From: Verrucomicrobiales bacterium
GTDB taxonomy: Bacteria; Verrucomicrobiota; Verrucomicrobiia; Verrucomicrobiales; SLCJ01
Assembly: GCA_046075565.1 (NCBI GenBank)
Contig: JBJTQJ010000108.1
Coordinates: 77,305-141,304, forward strand
DNA: 64,000 nt
Direction of reading: 5' to 3'
Positions 10,077 to 19,134 of this stretch are shown here, one piece after another (position 1 is the stretch's first letter; every line of letters begins with the position of its first letter). The position numbers were made by a program, and so were the translations under genes. The notes beneath the pieces are model-generated. The model was given only the letters and a program-made list of their open reading frames with translations, was not told the origin of the DNA and ran no database searches.

Positions 10077-11254
10077 TCAGTTCGCCGCCTTCCATCGATT
10101 GGCCAGCAGAATCACGAAACCGATGGCCAGCACGCCGCTGACCGACCAGACACCCGCTTGGGGCCATTGGGGCGCGAAAAGCAAACTCAAGGCCCCGATT
10201 CCCGGCCCCACGAAATTCCCGGCCCCCATCATCGCCTCATGGATGCCCCCCTGCTCGGCCCGGGCCTCGCCTACATCCATCGAATAGAAAAGCGACGCGT
10301 AATAGAGGATCCCCACGGCCAGGCCGAAAGCCATTTGTCCCACCCCAAGCCAGAACAAGCCCTCCGCCGTCAGGATGGAGACAAAACCCGCCAGTAGTAG
10401 CAGATAACCACCGACAAGCCACCGGTAACGGTAATGCCACCCCGGCCAGCGCCACATCAGGACAAAAGCGGCCAGCCGGGCGAAAAACCAGATCGAGCAA
10501 AAAAGACCGGCCATGGTCGTGCTCAGCCCCATCCTCCGGGCCAACTCCGGAATCATCGCCAACAGGGTGAATGCCGCCACACAGGCGAAAGGATTGGCCA
10601 GCCACGCCATCCTTTGGAACGCCCGCGGAGAAAATCCCGGGCGCACCGCCGGAGGTGTTTCTTCTTCCTCCGGGGGAGGTTCCTCTTCGGGTTCGGGATT
10701 CCCCCGGCGGTGCAAGTAACCCCACAACACGAGCAATTGCAGCAGATGAAGAAGCGGAGGAAGCCAGAAGATGCTCGCGCTTCCCAAGCGCTCGAAGATC
10801 GATCCGCCGAAAAAGTAGGAGAAGGCCGAACAGGTCGCCCAGACCACGCTGTAAATACCCACCCGATGGGCACGGGCCGGACCCTTTGCGCCCTCGGTGA
10901 CCAGCGCCTCCAACGCGGGCCAGACCATGAACTGGGATGCGGCCCAGATGACCATGACCGCCAACTGCACGGCAAGGGCAGGAAAAAAGCTCCCGCCAGG
11001 AGAGCGGCGACCATACCCGACAAACCGGTGACCATCATCCGGATGCAACCGTGCCGTTCCGCAAGTTTGCCAGATTGCCATGATGCCACGGCGATGACCA
11101 AGCCCATGAGGGCGGCGACGCCGAGATTACCCGCGTCGCCGAAGTCATGGCGATCACGGAATAGAAAGAAAATGTAATTGCCGTAGAATCCACAGGCCAG
11201 CGAGCCCAGAGCCTCGAAGAGATACAACGAATCTTTGGAGCGCTTCAATCCCAT
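10077..11254 (-). pseudogene. MFS transporter, frameshifted
   Basis: Two overlapping hydrophobic ORFs join at an A6 run (10983-10988); MFS motif-A-like GKLAERHG and GIHEAMMGAGNFVGP. Confidence 0.75.
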
Positions 11255-11331
11255 GAAAGCGGGAGAGTCGGCCAAACCGGGGGAAAGTCAACGAAGCTGG
11301 CGAACGGCGAAGGACGAGAGCGGCAATCGGC

Positions 11332-12093
11332 TTACCAGTCCCCGCGCATGAAGTTGGACGGACCGCCGTATTTGGAATCGTTGGCCATCGCCATGTATTC
11401 CTCGTAACTGAGAGTGGAAACCCGCCCGTCCACCCAGAGGATATTGCCCTTGCCGTTGTGATGCGCCGCGAAGGCGAAATTATTCTCCTTGGAGAAGCCG
11501 GAGCTGAAAATGTTGGGGCCGAAGTTGTTCTGCTTGACCGTGTCCTGCACATAGGGGGTGAGGGAAGGATTTTTCACCGCCGTGATGTTCAGGGGATTGG
11601 CACTGTCGTTATTGTTGCCAAGCAACAGGTTGGCCGCGTAATCACCGGTGTAGGGCCACGCTGGATGATATGGTTTGCCATTGCCGGAGGGGCAACCGAA
11701 ACAAGGCGGCAGAGGATCCGCCTTGGGATCATTGAACCTCATGCTGTAATTCTCACGCCCCATGCCGAGGGCGGCTGCATCATACCAACAGAGCCCGAGG
11801 CTCATCCTATTCTCGTCCCGCAACCAGGAAACGTCCGCCCCGCCATTGGGAAAACGCCCGTTGTTCTCGGCAATGTAACCGAGTAGTCCGGTGCCAATCG
11901 CTTTTAAATTGCTGGAACACTGGGCGCCCTTCGCCTTCTCACGCATGTTGGTGGTCAGCGAAAATGTGATCAAGACCAGCACGACGATAATGACAATCAC
12001 GATCATCAATTCGGTCAGGCTGAAACCGCCGGCGCGATTTTGCCGTAAATTTGTCCTCCATGAGCGGAGGAAAGGGTGGGGATGGATTTTCAC
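11332..12093 (-). CDS. Prepilin-type N-terminal cleavage/methylation protein with C-terminal H-X9-DG motif; start uncertain (GTG 12093 chosen)
   Basis: G|FSLTELMIVIVIIVVLV class III signal, CSSNLKAIG, CPS, HHNGKGNILWVDGRV. Confidence 0.9.
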   Translation of the reverse strand: MKIHPHPFLRSWRTNLRQNRAGGFSLTELMIVIVIIVVLVLITFSLTTNMREKAKGAQCSSNLKAIGTGLLGYIAENNGRFPNGGADVSWLRDENRMSLGLCWYDAAALGMGRENYSMRFNDPKADPLPPCFGCPSGNGKPYHPAWPYTGDYAANLLLGNNNDSANPLNITAVKNPSLTPYVQDTVKQNNFGPNIFSSGFSKENNFAFAAHHNGKGNILWVDGRVSTLSYEEYMAMANDSKYGGPSNFMRGDW

Positions 12094-12167
12094 GGTGATT
12101 GGGAGGGCCGGGATTGGCGGGATTTCCGAACTGGTTTTTGTGAATGCTACCAAATGCCCGGCCGGTG

Positions 12168-12207
12168 TCATTGAACATTCACGGATTTTTACTGAACTTT
12201 TGCGTCA
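12168..12207 (-). promoter_or_regulatory. Putative XylR/AraC-type operator, copy 2
   Basis: 36/40 identical to 8630-8669; followed after 15 nt by TGGTAGCAT (extended -10-like) on the minus strand. Confidence 0.75.
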
Positions 12208-12270
12208 CTCGCGGGACGGAGGCACCGTCCTCTAGTAAAGACCCCGGGGCGTGAAATGGCAAGTCTGTGG

Positions 12271-13947
12271 TCACGGCTTGACCGTTTGCGGCCAGCCGGG
12301 GAATTGTTTGGCGTCCGGTTTGGTGACATCCGCGAAACGGGGCCAGCACTCGAAGGTGACTTCGCCCGATTTATTGCGGAACCGGATCAATCCGTAGCCA
12401 TCGGCCCAGTTGGCGTCGGCCTTTGACTTGTCGCCGGGTTTGATTCCGGCGATGTTCTGGAGCTTCGGATCGGGGTTGGCGTAAGCGAGCATGGTGATTT
12501 TGTTGTGGAATCCGTCGAGGTAGTCACCCGTCCAGGGCAAGGGGGACCCGGGAACGGGGTTCGCACCCGGTTTTTCATCTTCCGGCCACCACCAGCGGCC
12601 ATAGTAATTGTTCACGATGGCGGGCACGACAAAGGCCCAGGGGCCGTCGCGGAATTCGTCGGTGCCGTGTTTGATGAGGGTGGCGATGTGCTGGTCGCCG
12701 GCGATGTGGACGGCCCGGGCGTCTTGGATGAGCCGGACCGCGCGGTTGCGTCCACTCTGCGGCCAGCCATTGGAATCGAGATCGGCGTGGAGGCGATTGG
12801 CGCGCGAGCCGTGCAGGTGGGCGCCGCCGCAAAAACCGGTCTGGGAAAGCACGGCCTTCATGGCCACGCCGTCGCGCATCTTGCCCCAATCGGCGAGAAA
12901 CTTCTCCTGCCGTTCGCCGAGCAGTTGCAGCCCCGGGGTGTCAATCACTTTCGGGTCGTAACTCGCATCAAGTATGTGGTCCGGACGCGGCCCCTTCAAG
13001 GGATGGCGTCCTAGCGGACCGGGCTTGAACTTGCGATCCTCGATAATGGCGAAATCCACCCCACCGAGAAGCAACCGCGTGTAATAAACTCCTATGCCTT
13101 GTCCGACCGGCGAAGGGTCGTAGGGATCGGGCAAGTGGCCGCACTGTTGTCGCTCGACCAGCTTCACGTATTCATGATGGAAGAAATATCCGCCATCGTG
13201 CCCGGCTTCAGCCTTGGCGACCTTGCCGTTTTCGCCCCATAGATTGCCCTGGCCGATGTCGTGATCGTCAGGGATGGTGACACACGGGCGCTCGCGGAAG
13301 ATCTCGCGGAAGGCAAGGCCGAACTTGAGCCATGCGGCGGTGTGTTGTTTGTGATCATAGGATTGGTCACCGGCGAAGAAAACGAGATCTGGATCCTGAT
13401 GGTTGATATTGCGCACGTATTCGGGGCGCAGTCCGCGGTCCTTGTTCGAGTTGCAGGAAAGCCCGACAACGACGATCTCATCCTTGTCCACCGGGTTCTT
13501 GCGGACCAGTCCCTCGAAGGCGGCTTTCTCCCCATGGCGGAGACGGTATTTGATATTGTTGGTGTCATTCCAGTCCGGAACACGGAAGGTCGTGGACCAA
13601 CCGAGGTCGTTGACGTTTTGCCGCGCGATCTCCGTCCATGTGCCGTCTTTTTCGATTTCGAGGCGAACCTCACGGGACTCCTTCGGATAAAGCGGGTAGA
13701 GTTGCGCGGTGAGTTTAAGAATGCGGTTGTGCACGGTATAGATGCCGAAGCACACGACCTGATCGCGAGGGACCTTCAGGTCGATGATCTCGCCGGTGGG
13801 CCGGTTCCACCAGTCGTTGGTACAGAGCGAGTCCTCGCCCTTCTGAAACGGCGCCTTAACCGGCGGTTCTCCGGGGTCAGCAGGACCGGCCGCCGCGATG
13901 GTGGCGGCGAGAAGGAACAATTGGATGATTCGGGCTTTTGTTTTCAT
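12271..13947 (-). CDS. PhoD-like secreted metallophosphoesterase
   Basis: Signal peptide; LSCN, FAGDQSY, IPDDHDIG, EDRKFK, LGERQ, IAGDQH. Confidence 0.8.
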   Translation of the reverse strand: MKTKARIIQLFLLAATIAAAGPADPGEPPVKAPFQKGEDSLCTNDWWNRPTGEIIDLKVPRDQVVCFGIYTVHNRILKLTAQLYPLYPKESREVRLEIEKDGTWTEIARQNVNDLGWSTTFRVPDWNDTNNIKYRLRHGEKAAFEGLVRKNPVDKDEIVVVGLSCNSNKDRGLRPEYVRNINHQDPDLVFFAGDQSYDHKQHTAAWLKFGLAFREIFRERPCVTIPDDHDIGQGNLWGENGKVAKAEAGHDGGYFFHHEYVKLVERQQCGHLPDPYDPSPVGQGIGVYYTRLLLGGVDFAIIEDRKFKPGPLGRHPLKGPRPDHILDASYDPKVIDTPGLQLLGERQEKFLADWGKMRDGVAMKAVLSQTGFCGGAHLHGSRANRLHADLDSNGWPQSGRNRAVRLIQDARAVHIAGDQHIATLIKHGTDEFRDGPWAFVVPAIVNNYYGRWWWPEDEKPGANPVPGSPLPWTGDYLDGFHNKITMLAYANPDPKLQNIAGIKPGDKSKADANWADGYGLIRFRNKSGEVTFECWPRFADVTKPDAKQFPGWPQTVKP

Positions 13948-14037
13948 AATGGAGAGCGTCCGGAATGAGGGGGCGGCCATTGAGGGCATGGATGAGGGAT
14001 GATTCTAGGAGACTGCCCCGATGCTGTCGAGGATTTT

Positions 14038-16251
14038 TCATTCCTGCCGGCTCACGCGCACGTGGAGGGGCTCTTTTGCAGACAGGTGCATGTCTCGCTG
14101 CGGGTAAGCCATGGAGATGGATTGTTCTTCAAAAACCCGGACGATGGCATGCCGCAACTGGCTGGCCACCTGCGTGCGCCCGGACTTCCTCATGTCGATC
14201 CAGAAGTACAGCGAAAAGATCAACGAACTCTCCGCGAAGTCCTCGAAGAGCACGAAGGGTTCGGGTGAGGCGAGCACTTCATTGTTAGCCGTAGCGACCT
14301 CCACCAGCAAGCGCGAAATTTTGTCCGGATCGGTGCCATAATCCACTCCCATCCTCACCGTGCTTCTCAGCATATGGTCGGTGTGGGTCCAGTTGGTGAC
14401 GTTGTTCTCGAGAAGTTCGCTGTTGGGGATGACCGTCTCGATGCCATCCCAGTGGCGAATGATGGACGAACGCATGCCAATCGTAGAAACGGTTCCCTGG
14501 ATGCCGCCGACATCCACCACATCGCCGACCTTGATCGGTTTCTCCGCCTGGATGAGAAGTCCGCTGATAAAATTACGGATGAGGTTCTGCGTGCCAAAGC
14601 CGACGCCGATGGCAAGGGCACCCCCGAGGAAGGCGAAGGCGGTGAGAGGAATCCGGGCGTAATGGAGCGCGTAGAGACCGAGCAGAGACATCCCGAGGAT
14701 AATGAACCAGCGCCGGACGGTCTGCGCCTTCGCCGGATCCAGATGAAGACGAACGCGCATGCGTTCGGCCAGACGGGAAGCCAAGGCGCGGAGAATGAAA
14801 TACCCGGCCGTGACAATGCCGACGAGGAAGAGCAATTTGCCGAGGGTGATGGAGCGTTTCGCGGGCACGCTGCGCCCGTCCTCAAGTTTGACCATGTCCT
14901 CGACCGTGTAGATTTCGAACTCCCAGAGACCACGCAGTGTATCGGACACTTTTTTGGTGGCACGTTTGGTCCACGCGCTGAAACCGCTTGTTTTTTCCGC
15001 ATCATCAACCTGCGGCATCCAGACGCGGCGCTGCAGCCCCACGTCCCCGGCTTCTTCGATGGCGATCTGGAATTCCCGATCGATGGCCTTGAGTTCCTCC
15101 AGATAGGCGGTGTCTGCCTCGGTGGCTGGTTTGGGAGCATCCTCCTGATCTTTGATGGCGGCGCGCAGCACCCTCTGGCGCGAGTCGAAAAGGGCCCGCC
15201 ACATCTCGGGGCGAGTGAACAACTCACCTAAGCGTTCTTTATCGGCAGCGGCGCCATCGGCATTCTGGTTATTGATCCAGCGCTGACGGGTTTCGAGCAA
15301 TTCGCGGCGGAGATCGACCAAGGCGAGTTGCCAACCGATCACGTCACCACGGGTAGTGAGCCCGGCCTCGGCGACGCGGAGGCTAATCGACGCACGTTGC
15401 GTGCGGCTCAACTTCTGGCGTTCGGCGGTCAGCCGGGCGCGGATGGTCTCCAGTTCGGCCAGCGCGGATTTCAGTTCCGCATCGGTAAAGACAAGCGGGC
15501 TGCTTATCATTTCGAGTTGGCGATTGGCGAGGGCGGAACGCACGCGTTCGACCTTCAGAGAGATTTCGATGCTGCCCAATTCCACCTCGGCGGCGGCTTT
15601 TTCCTCGGCGGCACTGTTCAGTCGCAAGGTTGCATCATCGAGCCGGGCACGGGCGTCAGCGCGAGCGGCGTCGTCGGGTGCCTTCTCCAGCGCCTCGCGG
15701 GCGCGCCGGACGGCGGCGTCTTCCTCGAGCATCCGATTCGATATCTCAGTCACGGAAGCGGCGACAACCTTCTGAAAGCCTTCGGCCACGAGTATCGCTT
15801 CTTGGGAGGAGATGAGCGTGCCGCGATATCGGTCGGCCAGCAGCCAGGAATACGGTGGTTTGCCCGGTGGGCCGTTCCACTCGGCGGATTGCTTCTCGAT
15901 GGCCTTGAGGCGGGCCTCGCCGGACTTGCGGAGTTCGATGGCCTGGAGGTGACGTTCCGCGGCATCGATGGCGACTTCGAGCAGTGCGATCCGGGTGCCG
16001 ACTTCGGGAGTGGGCACACCTTGTTTGAGATTTTCGGACTGGGCCGTCCACGCCTTCAATCGATCGCGCACGCCCTCTGCAGGATCGGTTTTTCCTTCGG
16101 GCGAGTCTGCCCGCACAAACGCCGGCACCACCAGCAAGCACCAGGCGAACACGATGACACGTGCCGAGGCTGCGCAAACGAGGGAAACAAGCGAGTTCAC
16201 GGACGATTTCAGCTTAAAGTGCGGGGATCTGTAGGAAGAAGAAGCGGCCAT
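14038..16251 (-). CDS. Mechanosensitive channel, MscS family with long periplasmic coiled-coil (MscK-like)
   Basis: GALAIGVGFGTQNLIRNFISGL, IKVGDVV, IPNS, VTNWT, GVDYG, AYPQRD. Confidence 0.9.
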   Translation of the reverse strand: MAASSSYRSPHFKLKSSVNSLVSLVCAASARVIVFAWCLLVVPAFVRADSPEGKTDPAEGVRDRLKAWTAQSENLKQGVPTPEVGTRIALLEVAIDAAERHLQAIELRKSGEARLKAIEKQSAEWNGPPGKPPYSWLLADRYRGTLISSQEAILVAEGFQKVVAASVTEISNRMLEEDAAVRRAREALEKAPDDAARADARARLDDATLRLNSAAEEKAAAEVELGSIEISLKVERVRSALANRQLEMISSPLVFTDAELKSALAELETIRARLTAERQKLSRTQRASISLRVAEAGLTTRGDVIGWQLALVDLRRELLETRQRWINNQNADGAAADKERLGELFTRPEMWRALFDSRQRVLRAAIKDQEDAPKPATEADTAYLEELKAIDREFQIAIEEAGDVGLQRRVWMPQVDDAEKTSGFSAWTKRATKKVSDTLRGLWEFEIYTVEDMVKLEDGRSVPAKRSITLGKLLFLVGIVTAGYFILRALASRLAERMRVRLHLDPAKAQTVRRWFIILGMSLLGLYALHYARIPLTAFAFLGGALAIGVGFGTQNLIRNFISGLLIQAEKPIKVGDVVDVGGIQGTVSTIGMRSSIIRHWDGIETVIPNSELLENNVTNWTHTDHMLRSTVRMGVDYGTDPDKISRLLVEVATANNEVLASPEPFVLFEDFAESSLIFSLYFWIDMRKSGRTQVASQLRHAIVRVFEEQSISMAYPQRDMHLSAKEPLHVRVSRQE

Positions 16252-16253
16252 GT

Positions 16254-16871
16254 TTACTCGCCTCCGAGGATTCCCGTCCAGTTCGCCTTGTGGCCATCAA
16301 GTTTGAAAGTTTCGAAGGCGTAGATGGCATCGTCGTTGGTGGGATCGAGAGCCACGGCGAGGTCCAGGAAACACCCGGCAAGGCGCAAGTTGTCGGCACC
16401 TCCGGGCTTGCGGAGTTCCTCCGCGCGACCAACGAGAAGGGACGAGAACGAACCAGCGGCCATCGATGGATCGGCGGATTTTTTCGGCACCACTCCGGTC
16501 TTCAAGCGACCATTGGCAATGACCGCAGGGCGGGATCTCGGATCGAGGTGCAGCGCGAGACCCACCAATTTGCGCGCGAGATCATATTTTTCCTGGGGCA
16601 CACCTGTCAGCTTGCCCTCTTCGTCCGCATATTTTTCCGCGACGGCCAGTAGGGCAAAGGCCGCCAGATTCTCTGCATATTGGCGGCGCTCGATCTCGGC
16701 CATGCCAAGGTCATCAAACTTGAAAACAGCCGGCTCGATGATTGGCTCGGCGTAGCGGACATTCGCCTCCCCGGGAGTCAAGACCTGCCCTGATGACGGG
16801 GAAACGAGCGCCCCGCCGCAAATCGCGGCGACGAGGGTTATCCAGAAAACGTGGGACAGGCGTTGGCTCAT
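16254..16871 (-). CDS. Hypothetical exported protein
   Basis: 205-aa ORF with N-terminal signal-like stretch, ending 2 nt before the MscS-family gene. Confidence 0.7.
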   Translation of the reverse strand: MSQRLSHVFWITLVAAICGGALVSPSSGQVLTPGEANVRYAEPIIEPAVFKFDDLGMAEIERRQYAENLAAFALLAVAEKYADEEGKLTGVPQEKYDLARKLVGLALHLDPRSRPAVIANGRLKTGVVPKKSADPSMAAGSFSSLLVGRAEELRKPGGADNLRLAGCFLDLAVALDPTNDDAIYAFETFKLDGHKANWTGILGGE

Positions 16872-16919
16872 GGTGGATCAAGCTAGCATTTCTTCGCCAT
16901 CTGGCCAATGGTGATTGGC

Positions 16920-17504
16920 ATGGATGCCCAATTCCCACTGGACAAACCCGCGTGGCGTCGCGAAATGAAGCGTCGCTGGAGGGAATCCTGTGTCGAGGAT
17001 CGCACGGCCTCCACCGCCGCACTGGCGGAAGCCCTCCGCCTCTGGCTCGACCACCGCCCCGGCGGGGTGCTCTGGTTTTCCCCTCTACCCGACGAACCGG
17101 ATCTGCGCCCTCTGGCCCGGGAGCTTGTCGAAGCAGGCCGCCGCCTCGCCCTGCCCCGGGTGACCGGGGAGGGACTCGCCATCCACGAATGGAATGGCCA
17201 AAACGCCTCGCTGGCCGCCGGAGCCATGGGAATCCTCGAGCCTGATCCAGAAAAATGCCCGGAGATCGAGCCATCGTTTTTGGCCGTGGCCGTCATTCCC
17301 GGATTCGCTTTTGATCCTCAAACGGGCATCCGGCTCGGACGAGGCGCCGGTTACTATGATCGATGGTTCGCCAGGTCAGGATTTCAAGGCGAATCCGTGG
17401 GTCTGGCTTTGCCCTGGCAGTTGGCAGGTCCACTCCCCCGCGAGGAGCACGACCGACCCATGGGTTGGTTGGCCACGAGCCAAGGAATGGTCCGGCCGGG
17501 ATAG
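16920..17504 (+). CDS. ygfA: 5-formyltetrahydrofolate cyclo-ligase
   Basis: K..WR, LPDEPDL, LALPRV, GILEP, PGFAFD, RLGRGAGYYDR, EEHD. Confidence 0.9.
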   Translation: MDAQFPLDKPAWRREMKRRWRESCVEDRTASTAALAEALRLWLDHRPGGVLWFSPLPDEPDLRPLARELVEAGRRLALPRVTGEGLAIHEWNGQNASLAAGAMGILEPDPEKCPEIEPSFLAVAVIPGFAFDPQTGIRLGRGAGYYDRWFARSGFQGESVGLALPWQLAGPLPREEHDRPMGWLATSQGMVRPG

Positions 17505-17546
17505 TTTTGCCAATAGCCTGAATTCGTGGCATGTTTCCTCTCCCCC

Positions 17547-18572
17547 ATGCTGCCCTGGTTCCAGTCCGGAAAATTTCCCCTTTACCTCGCCCCCATGGCG
17601 GGAGTGACGGATTTTGTCTTCCGCGGGCTCTGCAAGGAACTCGGTGCCGATGTTCTGGTCACCGAATTCGTGAGCGCCGAGGGTATCGTGCGACGCGATG
17701 ATCGCACGCGTCACTATACCGAATTCACCGACGAACAACGCCCGGTTGGTGTCCAACTCTTTGGAGGAAACCCCGACAGTCTCGCCGAAGCCGCCCGCAA
17801 GGTGGTCGATTGGAAACGACCCGACTTCATCGACATCAACTTCGGGTGTCCGGTCAATAAGGTGGTGGCGAAAAATGGCGGCAGCTCCTTGCTCAAGGAC
17901 TGTCCACTGCTTGCCCGAGTCGCTTCGGCCATCGTGAAAGCCGTGCCCGTGCCGGTGACCGCGAAGATCCGCATCGGATGGGACCATCAGAACATCAATG
18001 CGCCCGAAGTCTGCCGTCTACTTGAGGACTGCGGCATCGCAACCATCGCCATACATGGCCGCACGCGTTCGCAAGGATACTCCGGCGAAGCGAACTGGGA
18101 TATCATCGGCGAATGCGCGGAAACGATCTCGCTTCCGATCATCGGCAACGGCGACATTACAAGTGGCGCCGATGTCGCGCGCAGGAAAACTTCGACCAAA
18201 GTTGCCGGGGTGATGATCGGACGTGCCGCCATGAGTTACCCTTGGGTTTTCCGCGAGGCACGCGAGTATTTGCAAACCGGCCAGCAGCCCGCGCCGGTAG
18301 CTCCGGTGGACCGTTGGAATTTGATCACCCGCCATGCCCGCCTCGCCATCGCCCGCGGCACCAAAGGCGGCGAATTACACACCATGATGAGCCTGCGCTC
18401 CCGTTTCATGGCCTACACCAAAGGCCTGCCCGGCGGCAAACATCTGCGCCAGCGCTTCAGTCATGTTTCCTCGCTCATGGAACTCGAGGACATCGCGGCC
18501 GCCCACCTCGAGGGTCGATTGTTTGAAACCGATGAGCACGCCCACGCCCTGTCCGCATCTGCCGCCGATTGA
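17547..18572 (+). CDS. dusB: tRNA-dihydrouridine synthase
   Basis: LAPMAGVTD, QLFG, DINFGCP, TAKIRIGW, IHGRTR, GNGDI, MIGRAA. Confidence 0.92.
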   Translation: MLPWFQSGKFPLYLAPMAGVTDFVFRGLCKELGADVLVTEFVSAEGIVRRDDRTRHYTEFTDEQRPVGVQLFGGNPDSLAEAARKVVDWKRPDFIDINFGCPVNKVVAKNGGSSLLKDCPLLARVASAIVKAVPVPVTAKIRIGWDHQNINAPEVCRLLEDCGIATIAIHGRTRSQGYSGEANWDIIGECAETISLPIIGNGDITSGADVARRKTSTKVAGVMIGRAAMSYPWVFREAREYLQTGQQPAPVAPVDRWNLITRHARLAIARGTKGGELHTMMSLRSRFMAYTKGLPGGKHLRQRFSHVSSLMELEDIAAAHLEGRLFETDEHAHALSASAAD

Positions 18573-19071
18573 TCGCGTGTGGCCCGCCGCCGAGTTGTCC
18601 GGCCTCGACCCACTCGGCAAAGAGGCCGGGGAGTTTTATCTCACGGCGTTGCGCTGTGCCCAATCGCGGTGGCTAGACGGACTTCCCGCCCAATCACTAC
18701 TCATGCTCAACCGCGCATTCGCCTGCGGATTCGAAGATGACAACCCTTTGTTAGAGAGCCATCCATGGCCCTATGAAGCTCTGGCTTGGATTTTGGAAAA
18801 TGCCGGGAGCGGCGACTTTCTCGGCAATCCCCGGCGTCATTTCCAGCACCTCGCCACACGTATGAACATCGGACCACTGCGCGACCTCCGGGTCGCCCGC
18901 GCTTGGGCCTGCTGGGCTATCACAGGGAAAGTGCGACCGGAATTCCCAAGCGATGAAGAACAAATCGCGAGAGAAGGCCTCGAATTGCCCACACTCGTGG
19001 AAATCATCGCCTTCCCTGTTTGGTCAGACCGCCCGACAGAAGCATCCGTTTGGGGACGACTGGTCCGGTGA
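18532..19071 (+). CDS. Hypothetical protein
   Basis: ORF overlapping the dusB 3' end by about 40 nt, plausible composition (FLGNPRRHFQHLATRM). Confidence 0.65.
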   Translation: MSTPTPCPHLPPIDRVWPAAELSGLDPLGKEAGEFYLTALRCAQSRWLDGLPAQSLLMLNRAFACGFEDDNPLLESHPWPYEALAWILENAGSGDFLGNPRRHFQHLATRMNIGPLRDLRVARAWACWAITGKVRPEFPSDEEQIAREGLELPTLVEIIAFPVWSDRPTEASVWGRLVR

Positions 19072-19134
19072 AAAATCTTGGACTTTTCCACCCCGCTCTG
19101 TAACAATCCGCCGGAAATGCTGCTCCCCCAAGGT

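Noticed and set aside
17505-17545. Sigma54 promoter-like TGGCATG upstream of dusB
   Set aside because: The -12 TGC element is missing at the required spacing.
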